NCBI GenBank assembly: GCA_964411345.1
Contig: CAYPKP010000005.1
Coordinates: forward strand, 2,189-66,188
Source of the DNA: an uncultured Rikenella sp.
Lineage (GTDB): Bacteria; Bacteroidota; Bacteroidia; Bacteroidales; VadinHA17
DNA length: 64,000 bases
Direction of reading: 5' to 3'
Part shown: one piece after another, positions 25,372-35,100 of the stretch
How the letters are laid out: every line of letters starts with the position of its first letter
How positions within the stretch are numbered: the first letter of the stretch is position 1
The notes under the pieces: model-generated
Databases searched by the model: none
Told to the model about the DNA's origin: nothing
The model's input: only the letters and a program-made list of their open reading frames with translations
Position numbers and translations under genes: made by a program

Positions 25372-28300
25372 GTGACCCGTACTGGACATAAACAATTCCC
25401 GGCACCGCTCATCACGGTGCTGCTTGTCATGCTGGCCTTCACGGCCGGGGCGAATGCCCGGACATACGTCCTGACACACTACACCTCCAGGGACGGAATA
25501 GGACATGACCATGTAAGAAGCATGGCCACCGACAGCAGCGGCTTCATCTGGATGGCCACATGGGACGGGCTGACACGCTATGACGGCACCGACTTCATCA
25601 ATTATTTCCATGACCCGGCAGACAGCACCACGATTCCCTATTTTTCAGTAAGCTCTGTTGTCATCGATGCCGCTGACAACCTCTGGCTTACAACGGATAA
25701 CGGGCTGCTCTGCCGCTTTGACCGTGCTGTTGAAGAGTTCAGGGTTATCAGGAGCCTGGAGAGTTACTCAATGAATGACCTGGTCGATTTTGCTGCGGGT
25801 CCTGACGGTCAGCTCTACTTTCTGCTTCGCAAGGCTTTGCTCAGTTATGACCCGTCCACCGGAAGGGTAACTACATATGCCTGGTCCGGGAAGCTTACCG
25901 ATATGGCACTGTTCAACTTCAGCCAGTTCGGTATGGCCTTCAGCGAACCTGATCATCTCTGGCTGACAGGTCCGGTGGTGATAGAGGTGAAACTCGAACA
26001 GGACTCACTTGCCGGTGCCGGACGGGCAGTCATCAGAAGCGTCAACAGTGTCAGATGGAAACCGGGCAGGCCGGGTACATTCTTCAATACCACCGGGCCA
26101 TCACGCATTACCCGCGACAGCAACGGAGATCTGTGGCTGGCATCCCTCAAGGGACTCTTCAGCTACAATGAAGAACAAAACCTCTTTAATGAATATGCCG
26201 GCGACATCAGCGGCCTTGAATTCCGGGACACCATCCCCCTGGCATTTTTCAGCTATGACACCGGTATCAACATCCTGTTTCCCGGGCAGGATGAGACAAC
26301 AGTGATACCGAAGAAGATGACGGGACTGCCCACAACGCTGTTCTTTTACGATGATGATATGCTCTGGTTTGCCAGTCAGACAGAGGGAAACACCTACACA
26401 GGCCTGACCAAGGCTGTCTTTACGTCGTGCGAATTCAAACATATATCCCCGTTCACCGACCTTGGCGGCGAGCTGAACATCTTCGGCATCGCCGGTGACA
26501 GCCAGGGTGCTCTCTGGCTTGCGGCAAGAGACAGGAATTATCTCATCAGGATAACTGCCGGGGGCAAAACCGAAAAACTCAATATTCTCAGCCCGGAGGA
26601 GCAGACGGAGCTGTGGCACCCGAGAGCATTCCTTCCTGACGCAAAAGGCATGTGGATAGGTTACTACTTCAACAGGCTCTGCAGGTATGATGCTGCCACA
26701 CGGCAGATGACAGAGTACAGTCCCGGGAAATTTGTCCACACTCTCTGCTACGACGGTGAGGGACGGATACTGATTGCCGACGCGGGAATTTCAAGGTTTG
26801 ACCCCGGGACCGGAACCACGGAGAATATATACCCCCTGGGAGACACCATCAACATATTCACCCTTCATCGTGACGGCGATATCCTTTGGGCCGGCTGCAA
26901 CTACAGCTATCTCATGCGTCTTGACCTGGTTACCCTCCAGGCTGATTTCATAAGGATAACCCGCGGAACAACCAATATCGAGGATATATGTGAAGGTGAT
27001 GACGGAGTGCTGTGGCTTGCCACATTGGGAACGGGAATCTGCAGATATGATCCCTCCACCGGAGACAGGCTGTTCTACACGACAGCCTCAGGACTCTCCA
27101 ACAACACTACCTATTCTCTTCTCAGGGACAGCACAGGCAACATCTGGGCATCGACCAACAGCGGCATTTCAGTTATCACCCCCGCCACCGGACTTATAAG
27201 GGTGTTTGGAGAGAACGACGGACTGTCCGTCCATGAATTCAATTCCGATGCTTCGTGGATTACTCCTGAAGGCAGGTTCATCTTTGGAGGTGTCGGCGGT
27301 GCCGTGGAGTTTGACCCGGCCCAGATCCTGAGCGGCTCATATGAAGAGCTGTCAAACGAAATTGTCCTTAAGGAGCTGGAGGTCTCTGCTGTAAGAAAAT
27401 ACCTTGACATACCTCTTTACCGTGCTGACACTGTCACGATTGAGAAGGGCAATGACAATTTCCATCTCTCCTTCACAGTACCTGAATACCGGCACCCTGA
27501 AAAGATAAGGTACAGATACCGTCTGGGCGGAGAAGGCAGCAACTGGTACTATACTGATCACAGCGACAGGAACATCAACTTCTCAAACCTGAAGCCCGGA
27601 TGGTACGAACTGGAGATACAGGCAACGGGCTTCAGCGGATCGTGGAGCAACTCCAGGAAGGTCTCTGTCCATATGAAACCGTATTACTACCAGACCACAC
27701 TCTTCCGCATAGCGCTACCCCTGGCAGTTCTGCTATTACTGACTCTTCTTTCAGGATTCATCATCATGCAGCTCAGGCACAGGGAGCAGCAGAAGCGTGA
27801 TGCCCTGCGCCAGCAGGCTCTCAGAGGACAGATGAACCCGCACTTTATCTTCAACGCAATGAACTCCATCAACTATTTCATCTCAAATAATGACCGGCGC
27901 TCGGCCAACAGATATATTTCGGATTTCTCAAAACTGATAAGGACTGTCCTGAACAACATGAATGAAGACTATGTCAGGCTTAGCGCGGAACTGGACTCGC
28001 TGGAGGATTATCTTGAGATTGAACATCTGAGGTTCGGAGACAAGTTTGACTATACCCTGAATATCGATCCGCAGATTCACCCTGATGCCCTGATGGTCTC
28101 TCCGGGATTCGTTCAGCCTTTCGTCGAGAATGCCATATGGCACGGCATGATGGCACTGGAAGGAAGAAAGGGAACAATCACCGTGAATGTGACACTGAAG
28201 GATAAAACCATCCTCTGTACTGTTGAAGACGACGGTGTGGGCAGGGCAAGGTCGGAAGCGATGAAAGACAGGACCCTGCACGGCAAATCGCGCGGCATCG

Positions 28301-28434
28301 CCCTGGCCATGGAGCGGCTCAGGATCATCAACAGCCTGCATGCCACCAGCTGCCGTATAGAGATCACAGACCTTTACCCCGACCGCCGGGAGACAGGCAC
28401 CCGTGTTTTTATCGAGATACCCCTGAAAACCTGA
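25372..28434 (+). CDS. Sensor histidine kinase with periplasmic two-component-regulator propeller repeats + Y_Y_Y domain and a LytS/YehU-type kinase core
   Basis: GTG start. Signal/TM segment, many repeats of the form ...D..G.lW..T..GL..yd, Y_Y_Y (IRYRYRLGGEGSNWYYT), a TM segment (FRIALPLAVLLLLTLLSGFIIM), then QMNPHFIFNAMNSINYFI (His_kinase) and a HATPase domain (VENAIWHG...VEDDGVG). Confidence 0.9.
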   Translation: MTRTGHKQFPAPLITVLLVMLAFTAGANARTYVLTHYTSRDGIGHDHVRSMATDSSGFIWMATWDGLTRYDGTDFINYFHDPADSTTIPYFSVSSVVIDAADNLWLTTDNGLLCRFDRAVEEFRVIRSLESYSMNDLVDFAAGPDGQLYFLLRKALLSYDPSTGRVTTYAWSGKLTDMALFNFSQFGMAFSEPDHLWLTGPVVIEVKLEQDSLAGAGRAVIRSVNSVRWKPGRPGTFFNTTGPSRITRDSNGDLWLASLKGLFSYNEEQNLFNEYAGDISGLEFRDTIPLAFFSYDTGINILFPGQDETTVIPKKMTGLPTTLFFYDDDMLWFASQTEGNTYTGLTKAVFTSCEFKHISPFTDLGGELNIFGIAGDSQGALWLAARDRNYLIRITAGGKTEKLNILSPEEQTELWHPRAFLPDAKGMWIGYYFNRLCRYDAATRQMTEYSPGKFVHTLCYDGEGRILIADAGISRFDPGTGTTENIYPLGDTINIFTLHRDGDILWAGCNYSYLMRLDLVTLQADFIRITRGTTNIEDICEGDDGVLWLATLGTGICRYDPSTGDRLFYTTASGLSNNTTYSLLRDSTGNIWASTNSGISVITPATGLIRVFGENDGLSVHEFNSDASWITPEGRFIFGGVGGAVEFDPAQILSGSYEELSNEIVLKELEVSAVRKYLDIPLYRADTVTIEKGNDNFHLSFTVPEYRHPEKIRYRYRLGGEGSNWYYTDHSDRNINFSNLKPGWYELEIQATGFSGSWSNSRKVSVHMKPYYYQTTLFRIALPLAVLLLLTLLSGFIIMQLRHREQQKRDALRQQALRGQMNPHFIFNAMNSINYFISNNDRRSANRYISDFSKLIRTVLNNMNEDYVRLSAELDSLEDYLEIEHLRFGDKFDYTLNIDPQIHPDALMVSPGFVQPFVENAIWHGMMALEGRKGTITVNVTLKDKTILCTVEDDGVGRARSEAMKDRTLHGKSRGIALAMERLRIINSLHATSCRIEITDLYPDRRETGTRVFIEIPLKT

Positions 28435-28483
28435 AGAAGCCAACTGTAATGAAATGCACCCGACTATCCAAAAGCAACCAGTC

Positions 28484-29227
28484 ATGATCCGCACGGTAAT
28501 AATTGATGACGAACGGCCGGCAAGGGAGGTCATCGCAAATTACCTCGCAGAATACTGCCCTGACGTCGAAATCGTCCGCCAGGCCTCATCAGTGAGGGAG
28601 GGATTCACCGCCATAAAAGCCAGTTCGCCTGATGTGGTATTTCTGGATGTGGAGATGGCTGACGGTACAGGATTCGATCTGCTATCAATGTTCGACAGGG
28701 TCGATTTCAGGGTTATCTTCGTCACTGCCTACAGCGAATATGCCATCAGGGCATTCAGGTTCAGCGCGGCAGATTACCTCCTTAAGCCGGTGAGTATTGA
28801 TGAACTTATTGAGGCAGTGCAGAAGGTCAGGAGCCCGGATGCCGGTGGCCTGCACAGAGAGGTCATCTCATCGCTCCTGAAAAATATGAAGGAAGGGCCC
28901 GCCAGGCAGTCTACGCTGATAATCCCCAACATAAAGGGATTTGAAGTCCTGAAGGTGCCTGAGATCATCATGAGCCAGGCCGACGGTTACTGTACGAATT
29001 TTCATCTGACAGGTCAGAGGAGGATTGTCAGCTCCAAAAACCTCAAGCATTTTGACGGTCTGCTCTCCGGACAAGGTTTCATGCGGGTACACCACTCGTA
29101 TCTTATTAACCTGGATCATGTCACCGGATACACGAAGCAGGGTGAAATTCTTCTCTCAGAGAATCTGAAGGCCAGCCTGGGCAACTCATACAAGAATGAG
29201 TTTGTCAGGATGTTCACCGGAAAATAG
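28484..29227 (+). CDS. LytR/AlgR-family response regulator (receiver + LytTR DNA-binding domain)
   Basis: MIRTVIIDDE...VVFLDVEMADGTGFDLL is the receiver domain. The C-terminal ...HHSYLINLDHV... is a LytTR motif. An alternative ATG exists at 28454. Confidence 0.9.
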   Translation: MIRTVIIDDERPAREVIANYLAEYCPDVEIVRQASSVREGFTAIKASSPDVVFLDVEMADGTGFDLLSMFDRVDFRVIFVTAYSEYAIRAFRFSAADYLLKPVSIDELIEAVQKVRSPDAGGLHREVISSLLKNMKEGPARQSTLIIPNIKGFEVLKVPEIIMSQADGYCTNFHLTGQRRIVSSKNLKHFDGLLSGQGFMRVHHSYLINLDHVTGYTKQGEILLSENLKASLGNSYKNEFVRMFTGK

Positions 29228-29422
29228 CTTGCAGGTAGTATCAGACAGCGCTTCTGTTGGTTCATAAGAGGGTTCTGTGGGTTAGCCCATGCACCATGCC
29301 ATAATATGAGTCTGTTTTGGTTATTTTTACACTGAATTCTGACCCGGCCAGCCAATCATGAACGGGTCATTTGCTTAAAAGCAGTTCTTCCCCCCAATGC
29401 CGCAATGAAAAGCGGAAACAAG

Positions 29423-29447
29423 ATGAGCCCGGTTCAGCAGGGCTCAT
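29423..29447 (-). terminator. Hairpin ATGAGCCC-N9-GGGCTCAT, likely the rpoD terminator
   Basis: An 8-bp stem about 60 nt 3' of the rpoD stop. On the minus strand it is followed by a T-rich tract (CTTGTTTCCGCTTTT). Confidence 0.5.
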
Positions 29448-29456
29448 TCTTTACTG

Positions 29457-29490
29457 CCGGAGGACCCCTCCGGCTTGTTTTTTCCTTTTC
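29457..29490 (+). terminator. Intrinsic terminator on the + strand (CCGGAGG-ACC-CCTCCGG + CTTGTTTTTTCCTTTT)
   Basis: A 7-bp GC stem followed directly by a T-run. It lies 230 nt after the response-regulator stop. Confidence 0.6.
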
Positions 29491-29505
29491 GGGAATATGG
29501 CAAGC

Positions 29506-30366
29506 TTATCCGAGATAACCCTTGAGCAGCTTGCTTCGTGATGTGTGCCGCAGACGTCTGATGGCCTTCTCCTTTATCTGCCTTACCCGCTCGCGGGTGA
29601 GACCGAACTTTTCACCTATCTCTTCCAGCGTCATCTCCTGGCAGCCGATGCCGAAAAAGTAGCGTATGATGTCCCTCTCGCGCTCGGTGAGAGTGGTCAG
29701 GGCACGGTCTATCTCCTTGGACAGAGACTCATCAATGAGCATCTTGTCGGCAATGGGAGAGTCAAGGTTGGTCAACACATCCAGGAGGCTGTTGTCTTCA
29801 CCCTCCACGAATGGTGCATCAACGGATACATGACGTCCTGACACCTTCAGGGTGTCGGCCACCTTCTCCTTGGGGAGATCCAGCACCTCAGCCAGCTCTT
29901 CAGGCGAAGGGGTGCGCTCGTTCTCCTGCTCAAAGCGGGCAAAGGCCTTGTTGATCTTGTTAAGAGAACCAACCTGGTTGAGCGGCAGACGCACTATCCT
30001 CGACTGCTCTGCCAGAGCCTGGAGAATAGACTGCCTGATCCACCATACCGCATATGAAATGAATTTGAATCCGCGTGTCTCGTCAAACTTCTCTGCTGCC
30101 TTGATAAGGCCGAGGTTCCCCTCATTAATGAGGTCCGGAAGGCTAAGCCCTTGATTCTGATACTGCTTGGCCACCGAGACAACAAAACGGAGATTTGCCT
30201 TCGTTAGCTTCTCCAAAGCTGCCCTGTCACCCTTCTTGATCCTCTGCGCAAGCTCTACCTCCTCCTCAACCGATATCAACTCTTCCTTACCAATCTCCTG
30301 CAGATATTTGTCCAACGATGCACTTTCACGGTTGGTTATGGATTTGGTAATCTTAAGTTGTCTCAT
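29506..30366 (-). CDS. rpoD: Primary RNA polymerase sigma factor (Bacteroidetes sigma-A)
   Basis: [28 protein letters not shown]... and regions 2-4 ([13 protein letters not shown]; [28 protein letters not shown]). The 286-aa size is typical of Bacteroidota RpoD. Confidence 0.95.
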   Translation of the reverse strand: MRQLKITKSITNRESASLDKYLQEIGKEELISVEEEVELAQRIKKGDRAALEKLTKANLRFVVSVAKQYQNQGLSLPDLINEGNLGLIKAAEKFDETRGFKFISYAVWWIRQSILQALAEQSRIVRLPLNQVGSLNKINKAFARFEQENERTPSPEELAEVLDLPKEKVADTLKVSGRHVSVDAPFVEGEDNSLLDVLTNLDSPIADKMLIDESLSKEIDRALTTLTERERDIIRYFFGIGCQEMTLEEIGEKFGLTRERVRQIKEKAIRRLRHTSRSKLLKGYLG

Positions 30367-30394
30367 TCTTATTGCCCCTTCGAAAAAATTTTCG

Positions 30395-30426
30395 CAAAGT
30401 TACTGCTTTATAAGTTAATAACCAAA
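30395..30426 (-). promoter_or_regulatory. Bacteroidota-type promoter of rpoD (-33 TTTG / -7 TAACTTTG)
   Basis: On the minus strand: TTTG (30426-30423), a 20-nt spacer, and TAACTTTG (30402-30395), about 30 nt upstream of the ATG at 30366. Confidence 0.45.
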
Positions 30427-30502
30427 TAAAATACATCAATCAAACGGAGCTGAAGTGATCCTTACAACATCCTGATCTGATTGCTGTTATGAATCACCTG
30501 CA

Positions 30503-31948
30503 CTACCTCCGGGTCTGATACTTGAAGTAGGTCCCGTCGGGAGTGAATCCCTCAATTGAAGACAGGCTCTTCTCATCGTTCGTTGCACGGCGTATATCCG
30601 CTGCACTGTTCACCTTCTGGCCGTTCACGTCAACGATGATTGTTCCCCTTCCGAGACCCAGTTCCTTCAGCCGTCCTTCCGTGATGGAGGTAACCTTGAC
30701 GCCGTTGCTGATCCTGAACTTCTCCCTGTCGCCTGAAGTAACCGGTGCAAAGGTGGCACCGAATACCGAGGTGCTCTGTGAACCCGGGGCAACGATTCCC
30801 GTACCGCCCTCGATGTTGCGCAGGGTTACAGTCTTCTTGTCCTGCCTGCCCTTGCGCAGGTAGGTCACCTCAAGCCTGTCGCCCGGCCTGTAGCGGTTAA
30901 CCTTCTCCTGAAGGTCGGCAGTGGTCTCCACCGGCTCGCCGTTGATGGCAATGATCACATCCTTTTCAGCAAGACCGGCAGCCTTTGCAGCCCCGTCCTC
31001 AACCACTCCGGCAAGATATACTCCCCTGATCTCCTGCAGTTTTTCCGCCTCAGCTATCTCTGAAGTGACATCGGTGATGTTAACCCCCAGGAGTCCTCTC
31101 TGTACTTCGCCATACTCCTTCAGATCCTCGTATACCTTTTCTACAATGGACGACGGTACGGCAAAAGAGTTGCCTGCATAGGCACCACTGGGTGATATTA
31201 TCGCCGTGGTGATCCCTATCAGCTCCCCGGCAACATTCACAAGGGCTCCGCCGCTGTTACCCTGGTTCAGGGCAGCATCAGTCTGTATGAACGATTCGAT
31301 ACGGTACTGGTTGTCAAGCAACCCCAGGCTCCTGCCCCGGGCACTTACAATCCCTGCCGTAACCGTCGACGTCAGGTTGAACGGGTTCCCGACGGCCAGC
31401 ACCCACTCGCCCAGCCTGATGGCATCGGAGTTGCCGAATTTAATGTACGGCAGGCCAGTGGCCTTGACCTTCAGAACCGCAATATCAGTGCTGGGATCAC
31501 GCCCAACCACATCAGCCGCAAAGGTCCGCTTGTCATTCAATGTGACCTCAACTTCATCTGCCTCCTCAATCACATGGTTGTTTGTCACAATGTAACCGTC
31601 AGCAGTCACTATCACTCCGGAACCGAAACCCCGGACCTCCCTGGGCCGGCTCGCCCCGGGACCGTAGAAAAACTCGTACAGCGGATTGCTGTAGTTCGAA
31701 CTGACTGTGGATTTGGTCTTTACATGCACCACAGCATGAACCGTCTGCTCGGCGGCAAAGGTGAAATCATTTACCCCCGACTGACGAACCATTGAGGTGT
31801 ATCTTGCATTATCCTCAATCATCTGCTTCTCCTTCTCCGTGCCTATCACCAACTGCTCCCTGTCAAGGAACCTGGTATAGATAAACAGTCCTGCCAGCGC
31901 CCCGAACAGCGCAATCAGCAAAGTAACTATGAGACTCTTACCTTTCAT
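30503..31948 (-). CDS. Do/HtrA/DegQ-family periplasmic serine endoprotease with PDZ domains
   Basis: The ATG at 31948 gives an N-terminal anchor (MKGKSLIVTLLIALFGALAGLFIY). Catalytic triad context: TNNHVIE, DIAVLKV, GNSGGALVN. The listed 801-aa ORF continues upstream only as an open frame antisense to dapF. Confidence 0.9.
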   Translation of the reverse strand: MKGKSLIVTLLIALFGALAGLFIYTRFLDREQLVIGTEKEKQMIEDNARYTSMVRQSGVNDFTFAAEQTVHAVVHVKTKSTVSSNYSNPLYEFFYGPGASRPREVRGFGSGVIVTADGYIVTNNHVIEEADEVEVTLNDKRTFAADVVGRDPSTDIAVLKVKATGLPYIKFGNSDAIRLGEWVLAVGNPFNLTSTVTAGIVSARGRSLGLLDNQYRIESFIQTDAALNQGNSGGALVNVAGELIGITTAIISPSGAYAGNSFAVPSSIVEKVYEDLKEYGEVQRGLLGVNITDVTSEIAEAEKLQEIRGVYLAGVVEDGAAKAAGLAEKDVIIAINGEPVETTADLQEKVNRYRPGDRLEVTYLRKGRQDKKTVTLRNIEGGTGIVAPGSQSTSVFGATFAPVTSGDREKFRISNGVKVTSITEGRLKELGLGRGTIIVDVNGQKVNSAADIRRATNDEKSLSSIEGFTPDGTYFKYQTRR

Positions 31949-32122
31949 ATCCGTAAAATTTTTGTTGTTGTTTCCTCTGTCCCACTTATGCTGCAAATTG
32001 CGTGCCTCATAAAAGTTATGAGTATCTTTACAACCGCACAAATGGTAAATTGTTTTACAAATTTTCGTTTTTTTAACAGACCGGGGCAGAGATCTTACAA
32101 TAATTAACTTCAATTTAACGGA

Positions 32123-32905
32123 ATGATAATTCCCTTTAACAAATATGAGGGCACAGGCAATGACTTTATCATTGTGAATAATTCTCCCGTGCTCCTTGAC
32201 CACAATGACAATGATATATTCAAAAGACTGTGCGACAGACGTTTCGGAATAGGGGCTGACGGCCTCATACTCATTGAAGATTCTCCCGGCTTTGATTTCA
32301 GAATGCTCTACTACAATGCAGACGGCTCTTCCGGGGAGATGTGCGGCAACGGCGGGCGCTGTGCAGCACACTTTTTCATGAAACATTTTTCCGGCCCCCG
32401 CGACCTCTTCTTCATGGCAGGTGACGGCCCCCATACCGCCAGGGTGGCCGGGAATGACATCATCGAGATATCGGTAAGGGATGTGACGGAGGCTGCAGAG
32501 ACCCCCGACGGCATCCTGGTAAACACCGGTGTACCTCACCTGGTAATCTTTGCTGAGGATACGGAGATGACTGATTTTGCAACCTTTGCACGCGGTCTCC
32601 GCCATTCGCCCCGTTATGCCCCCGGAGGAGTCAATGTGAACCTGGCAGCCGTTACGGACAACAGACTCAGGATCAGGACATATGAGCGGGGCGTGGAGGA
32701 TGAAACCCTCTCGTGCGGAACCGGTGCAACAGCATCTGCCATTGCGGCAGCCCTGACAGGAAAAATTGTCACTGACAATACCCGTGTGAGTGTCAGGGGC
32801 GGCGAGCTTCAGATCAGATTTGTCAAAAACGATGCGGGAGCTTCGGAGATATTCCTTACCGGACCCGCAACATTTGTTTTCAGCGGAGAGACAATAATCC
32901 AATAA
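32123..32905 (+). CDS. dapF: Diaminopimelate epimerase
   Basis: YEGTGNDFIIV, the two active-site Cys contexts (GEMCGNGGRC and LSCGTGATA). Length is 260 aa. Confidence 0.95.
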   Translation: MIIPFNKYEGTGNDFIIVNNSPVLLDHNDNDIFKRLCDRRFGIGADGLILIEDSPGFDFRMLYYNADGSSGEMCGNGGRCAAHFFMKHFSGPRDLFFMAGDGPHTARVAGNDIIEISVRDVTEAAETPDGILVNTGVPHLVIFAEDTEMTDFATFARGLRHSPRYAPGGVNVNLAAVTDNRLRIRTYERGVEDETLSCGTGATASAIAAALTGKIVTDNTRVSVRGGELQIRFVKNDAGASEIFLTGPATFVFSGETIIQ

Positions 32906-32914
32906 CATACCAAT

Positions 32915-34012
32915 ATGAAACAGACCCCAGTGAAAACCACTACCCTGATGATCCTTTTCATCTCGTTATGGCCGGCACTGTCAGCCCAGCCCGGCAACGC
33001 CGAACTGATGGATGCCCTGAACAATGTGGGACGCCGGTTTGAATCCCTGGACCATCGCCTTGATGTGCTCGAAAAAAATATTGACGATATCCTCTGGTAT
33101 GAGCGCGTGGGCGACGTGGCCTTCATTGACAAGATCTACACTACGGGTCCTCCCCCGGCCAAAGAGAGTAATCCCACCGGACAGGGCGCCGGCAATCCCC
33201 TGAAATTCTGGAGCTACGTCTTCATACCACGCGACGCGGACGCCTCAAAAAAATATCCCCTGCTGGTCTTTCCCCACGGTGGCGTCCATGCCAGCTTCAC
33301 CACCTACTACACTCACATCATCCGTGAGATGGTCGCCCAGGGATATATCGTCATTGCTGCAGAATACCGCGGCTCAACAGGCTACGGTGCAGGCATGTAC
33401 CGGCGGATCGACTACGGCGGCCTGGAGGTTGAGGATGTAGATGCCAGCCGAAAGTATATGATCGAAAACTACGGGATCGTTGACAGCGAACGTGTGGGCG
33501 TCATAGGCTGGAGCCACGGCGGACTGATAGGGCTGTTCTGTATCTTTGATCACCCGGAGGCATACAAAGCCTGCTTTGCCGGCGTGCCTGTCAGTGATGT
33601 CATAGCACGCATGGGATACAAGGACGACAGCTACCGCGACCTGTATTCCGCTTCCTACCACATAGGCAAGAGTGCCGACGAGAATGTGGCTGAGTACCGC
33701 AGGCGCTCCCCTGCCTGGCAGGTTGACCGCTACCGCAATACACCGCTGCTGATACATACCAACACCAACGACGAGGACGTAAATGTACTGGAGGTAGAGC
33801 ATCTTATCAAGTCACTCAAGGCAGCCGGCAAACAGAATTTCAGTTACAAAATTTTCGAGGAGATGCCCGGCGGCCACTCCTTTGACAGGATGGATTACCG
33901 CGAGGCAAGGAAGATAAGGCTTGACATTTACAGCTTCCTCAACGGCCACCTGAAGCCGCCGCGGCCCTTCAAATCACTCCGTGACCTGGAGAGAGCTGCC
34001 TACCGTTTCTGA
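32915..34012 (+). CDS. S9 prolyl-oligopeptidase/alpha-beta hydrolase family serine peptidase (secreted)
   Basis: Signal peptide; nucleophile elbow GVIGWSHGG; downstream Asp/His region (TNTNDEDV ... GGHSF). Confidence 0.8.
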   Translation: MKQTPVKTTTLMILFISLWPALSAQPGNAELMDALNNVGRRFESLDHRLDVLEKNIDDILWYERVGDVAFIDKIYTTGPPPAKESNPTGQGAGNPLKFWSYVFIPRDADASKKYPLLVFPHGGVHASFTTYYTHIIREMVAQGYIVIAAEYRGSTGYGAGMYRRIDYGGLEVEDVDASRKYMIENYGIVDSERVGVIGWSHGGLIGLFCIFDHPEAYKACFAGVPVSDVIARMGYKDDSYRDLYSASYHIGKSADENVAEYRRRSPAWQVDRYRNTPLLIHTNTNDEDVNVLEVEHLIKSLKAAGKQNFSYKIFEEMPGGHSFDRMDYREARKIRLDIYSFLNGHLKPPRPFKSLRDLERAAYRF

Positions 34013-35040
34013 TGAACAGGCAGCGACTCTTCGGCAAGACACTTAAAGAGCTGTCTGACATTACAGTTGCAGCATCACTGCCCCCCTATGCCGCACGTCA
34101 GATGGCGGGCTGGCTCTACCGAAGGGGGGCCCCTGAGATAAGCAGCATGACAGATCTCTCCCTGGCTGCCCGCAGCCTGCTGCAGAAGGATTGGGAGACA
34201 GGACTCACACCTCCGTCATCAGTGGCCTCAGCCAGTGACGGTACAAAAAAATACCTCTTCGGCATTGATGACCACCGTTACATAGAGACAGCATTCATCC
34301 CTGACCGCGAGCGGGCCACAGTGTGCCTCTCGGTACAGTCGGGATGCCGCATGGGATGCCGGTTCTGCATGACGGCCAGACAGGGATTCCAGGGCAATCT
34401 GTCGGCATGCGACATACTTAACCAGTTCAGAAGCATCCCTGAACACCCGTCGCTGACCAACATAGTCTATATGGGCATGGGGGAGCCTCTCGACAACTTC
34501 GTTGAGGTGATGAAGAGCCTGGAGATACTCACTGCAGAATGGGGCTACGGATGGAGTCCCGCCCGGATTACAGTAAGCACAATAGGCATCACCGACAGGA
34601 TACAAGATTTCCTGGAAGGCACCCGGTGTCACCTGGCCGTCAGCCTGCACTCCCCCTTTGATGATGAGAGACAGGCACTGATGCCGGTGCAGAAGGCCCA
34701 TCCCATCAAAAAAGTGCTTGAGGTAATCAGGGACTTCGATACCGGAAGACAGAGACGCATATCCTTTGAGTACATTCTGTTCGAAGGACTCAATGACACC
34801 CCTGAACACGTCAGGGAACTGGCAAGAATTTTAAACGGCATACGTTGCCGGATCAACCTGATACGATTTCATGCCATTCCGGGATCGGAATACAGGAGCC
34901 CTGACAACAAGGCCATGGAGGCCTTCCGCGACCAGCTGAACGCAAAAGGGATAACAGCCACCATACGTGCCAGCCGCGGCGAGGATATAGGTGCCGCGTG
35001 CGGCCTGCTCTCAACTCTTGAACAGAATAAAAAGGGATGA
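34012..35040 (+). CDS. rlmN: 23S rRNA/tRNA adenine-C2 methyltransferase RlmN (radical SAM)
   Basis: Radical-SAM cluster CRMGCRFC, GMGEPLDN, and the C-terminal catalytic Cys context GEDIGAACGLL. Its start overlaps the stop of the preceding gene by 1 nt (TGATG). Confidence 0.95.
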   Translation: MNRQRLFGKTLKELSDITVAASLPPYAARQMAGWLYRRGAPEISSMTDLSLAARSLLQKDWETGLTPPSSVASASDGTKKYLFGIDDHRYIETAFIPDRERATVCLSVQSGCRMGCRFCMTARQGFQGNLSACDILNQFRSIPEHPSLTNIVYMGMGEPLDNFVEVMKSLEILTAEWGYGWSPARITVSTIGITDRIQDFLEGTRCHLAVSLHSPFDDERQALMPVQKAHPIKKVLEVIRDFDTGRQRRISFEYILFEGLNDTPEHVRELARILNGIRCRINLIRFHAIPGSEYRSPDNKAMEAFRDQLNAKGITATIRASRGEDIGAACGLLSTLEQNKKG

Positions 35041-35100
35041 AATATTCCGGAAAAATATCTTACACTGTGATTTGAAATTCAATCAAGTTCCTTTCGGCCA

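Noticed and set aside
31949-32908. N-terminal 320 codons of the listed 801-aa minus-strand ORF
   Set aside because: This part lies exactly antisense to dapF. It has an Arg/Cys/Gly-rich, non-protein-like composition and no homology-like motifs. The HtrA-like protein has a normal membrane-anchored start at the ATG at 31948. It is an open antisense frame, not a gene.
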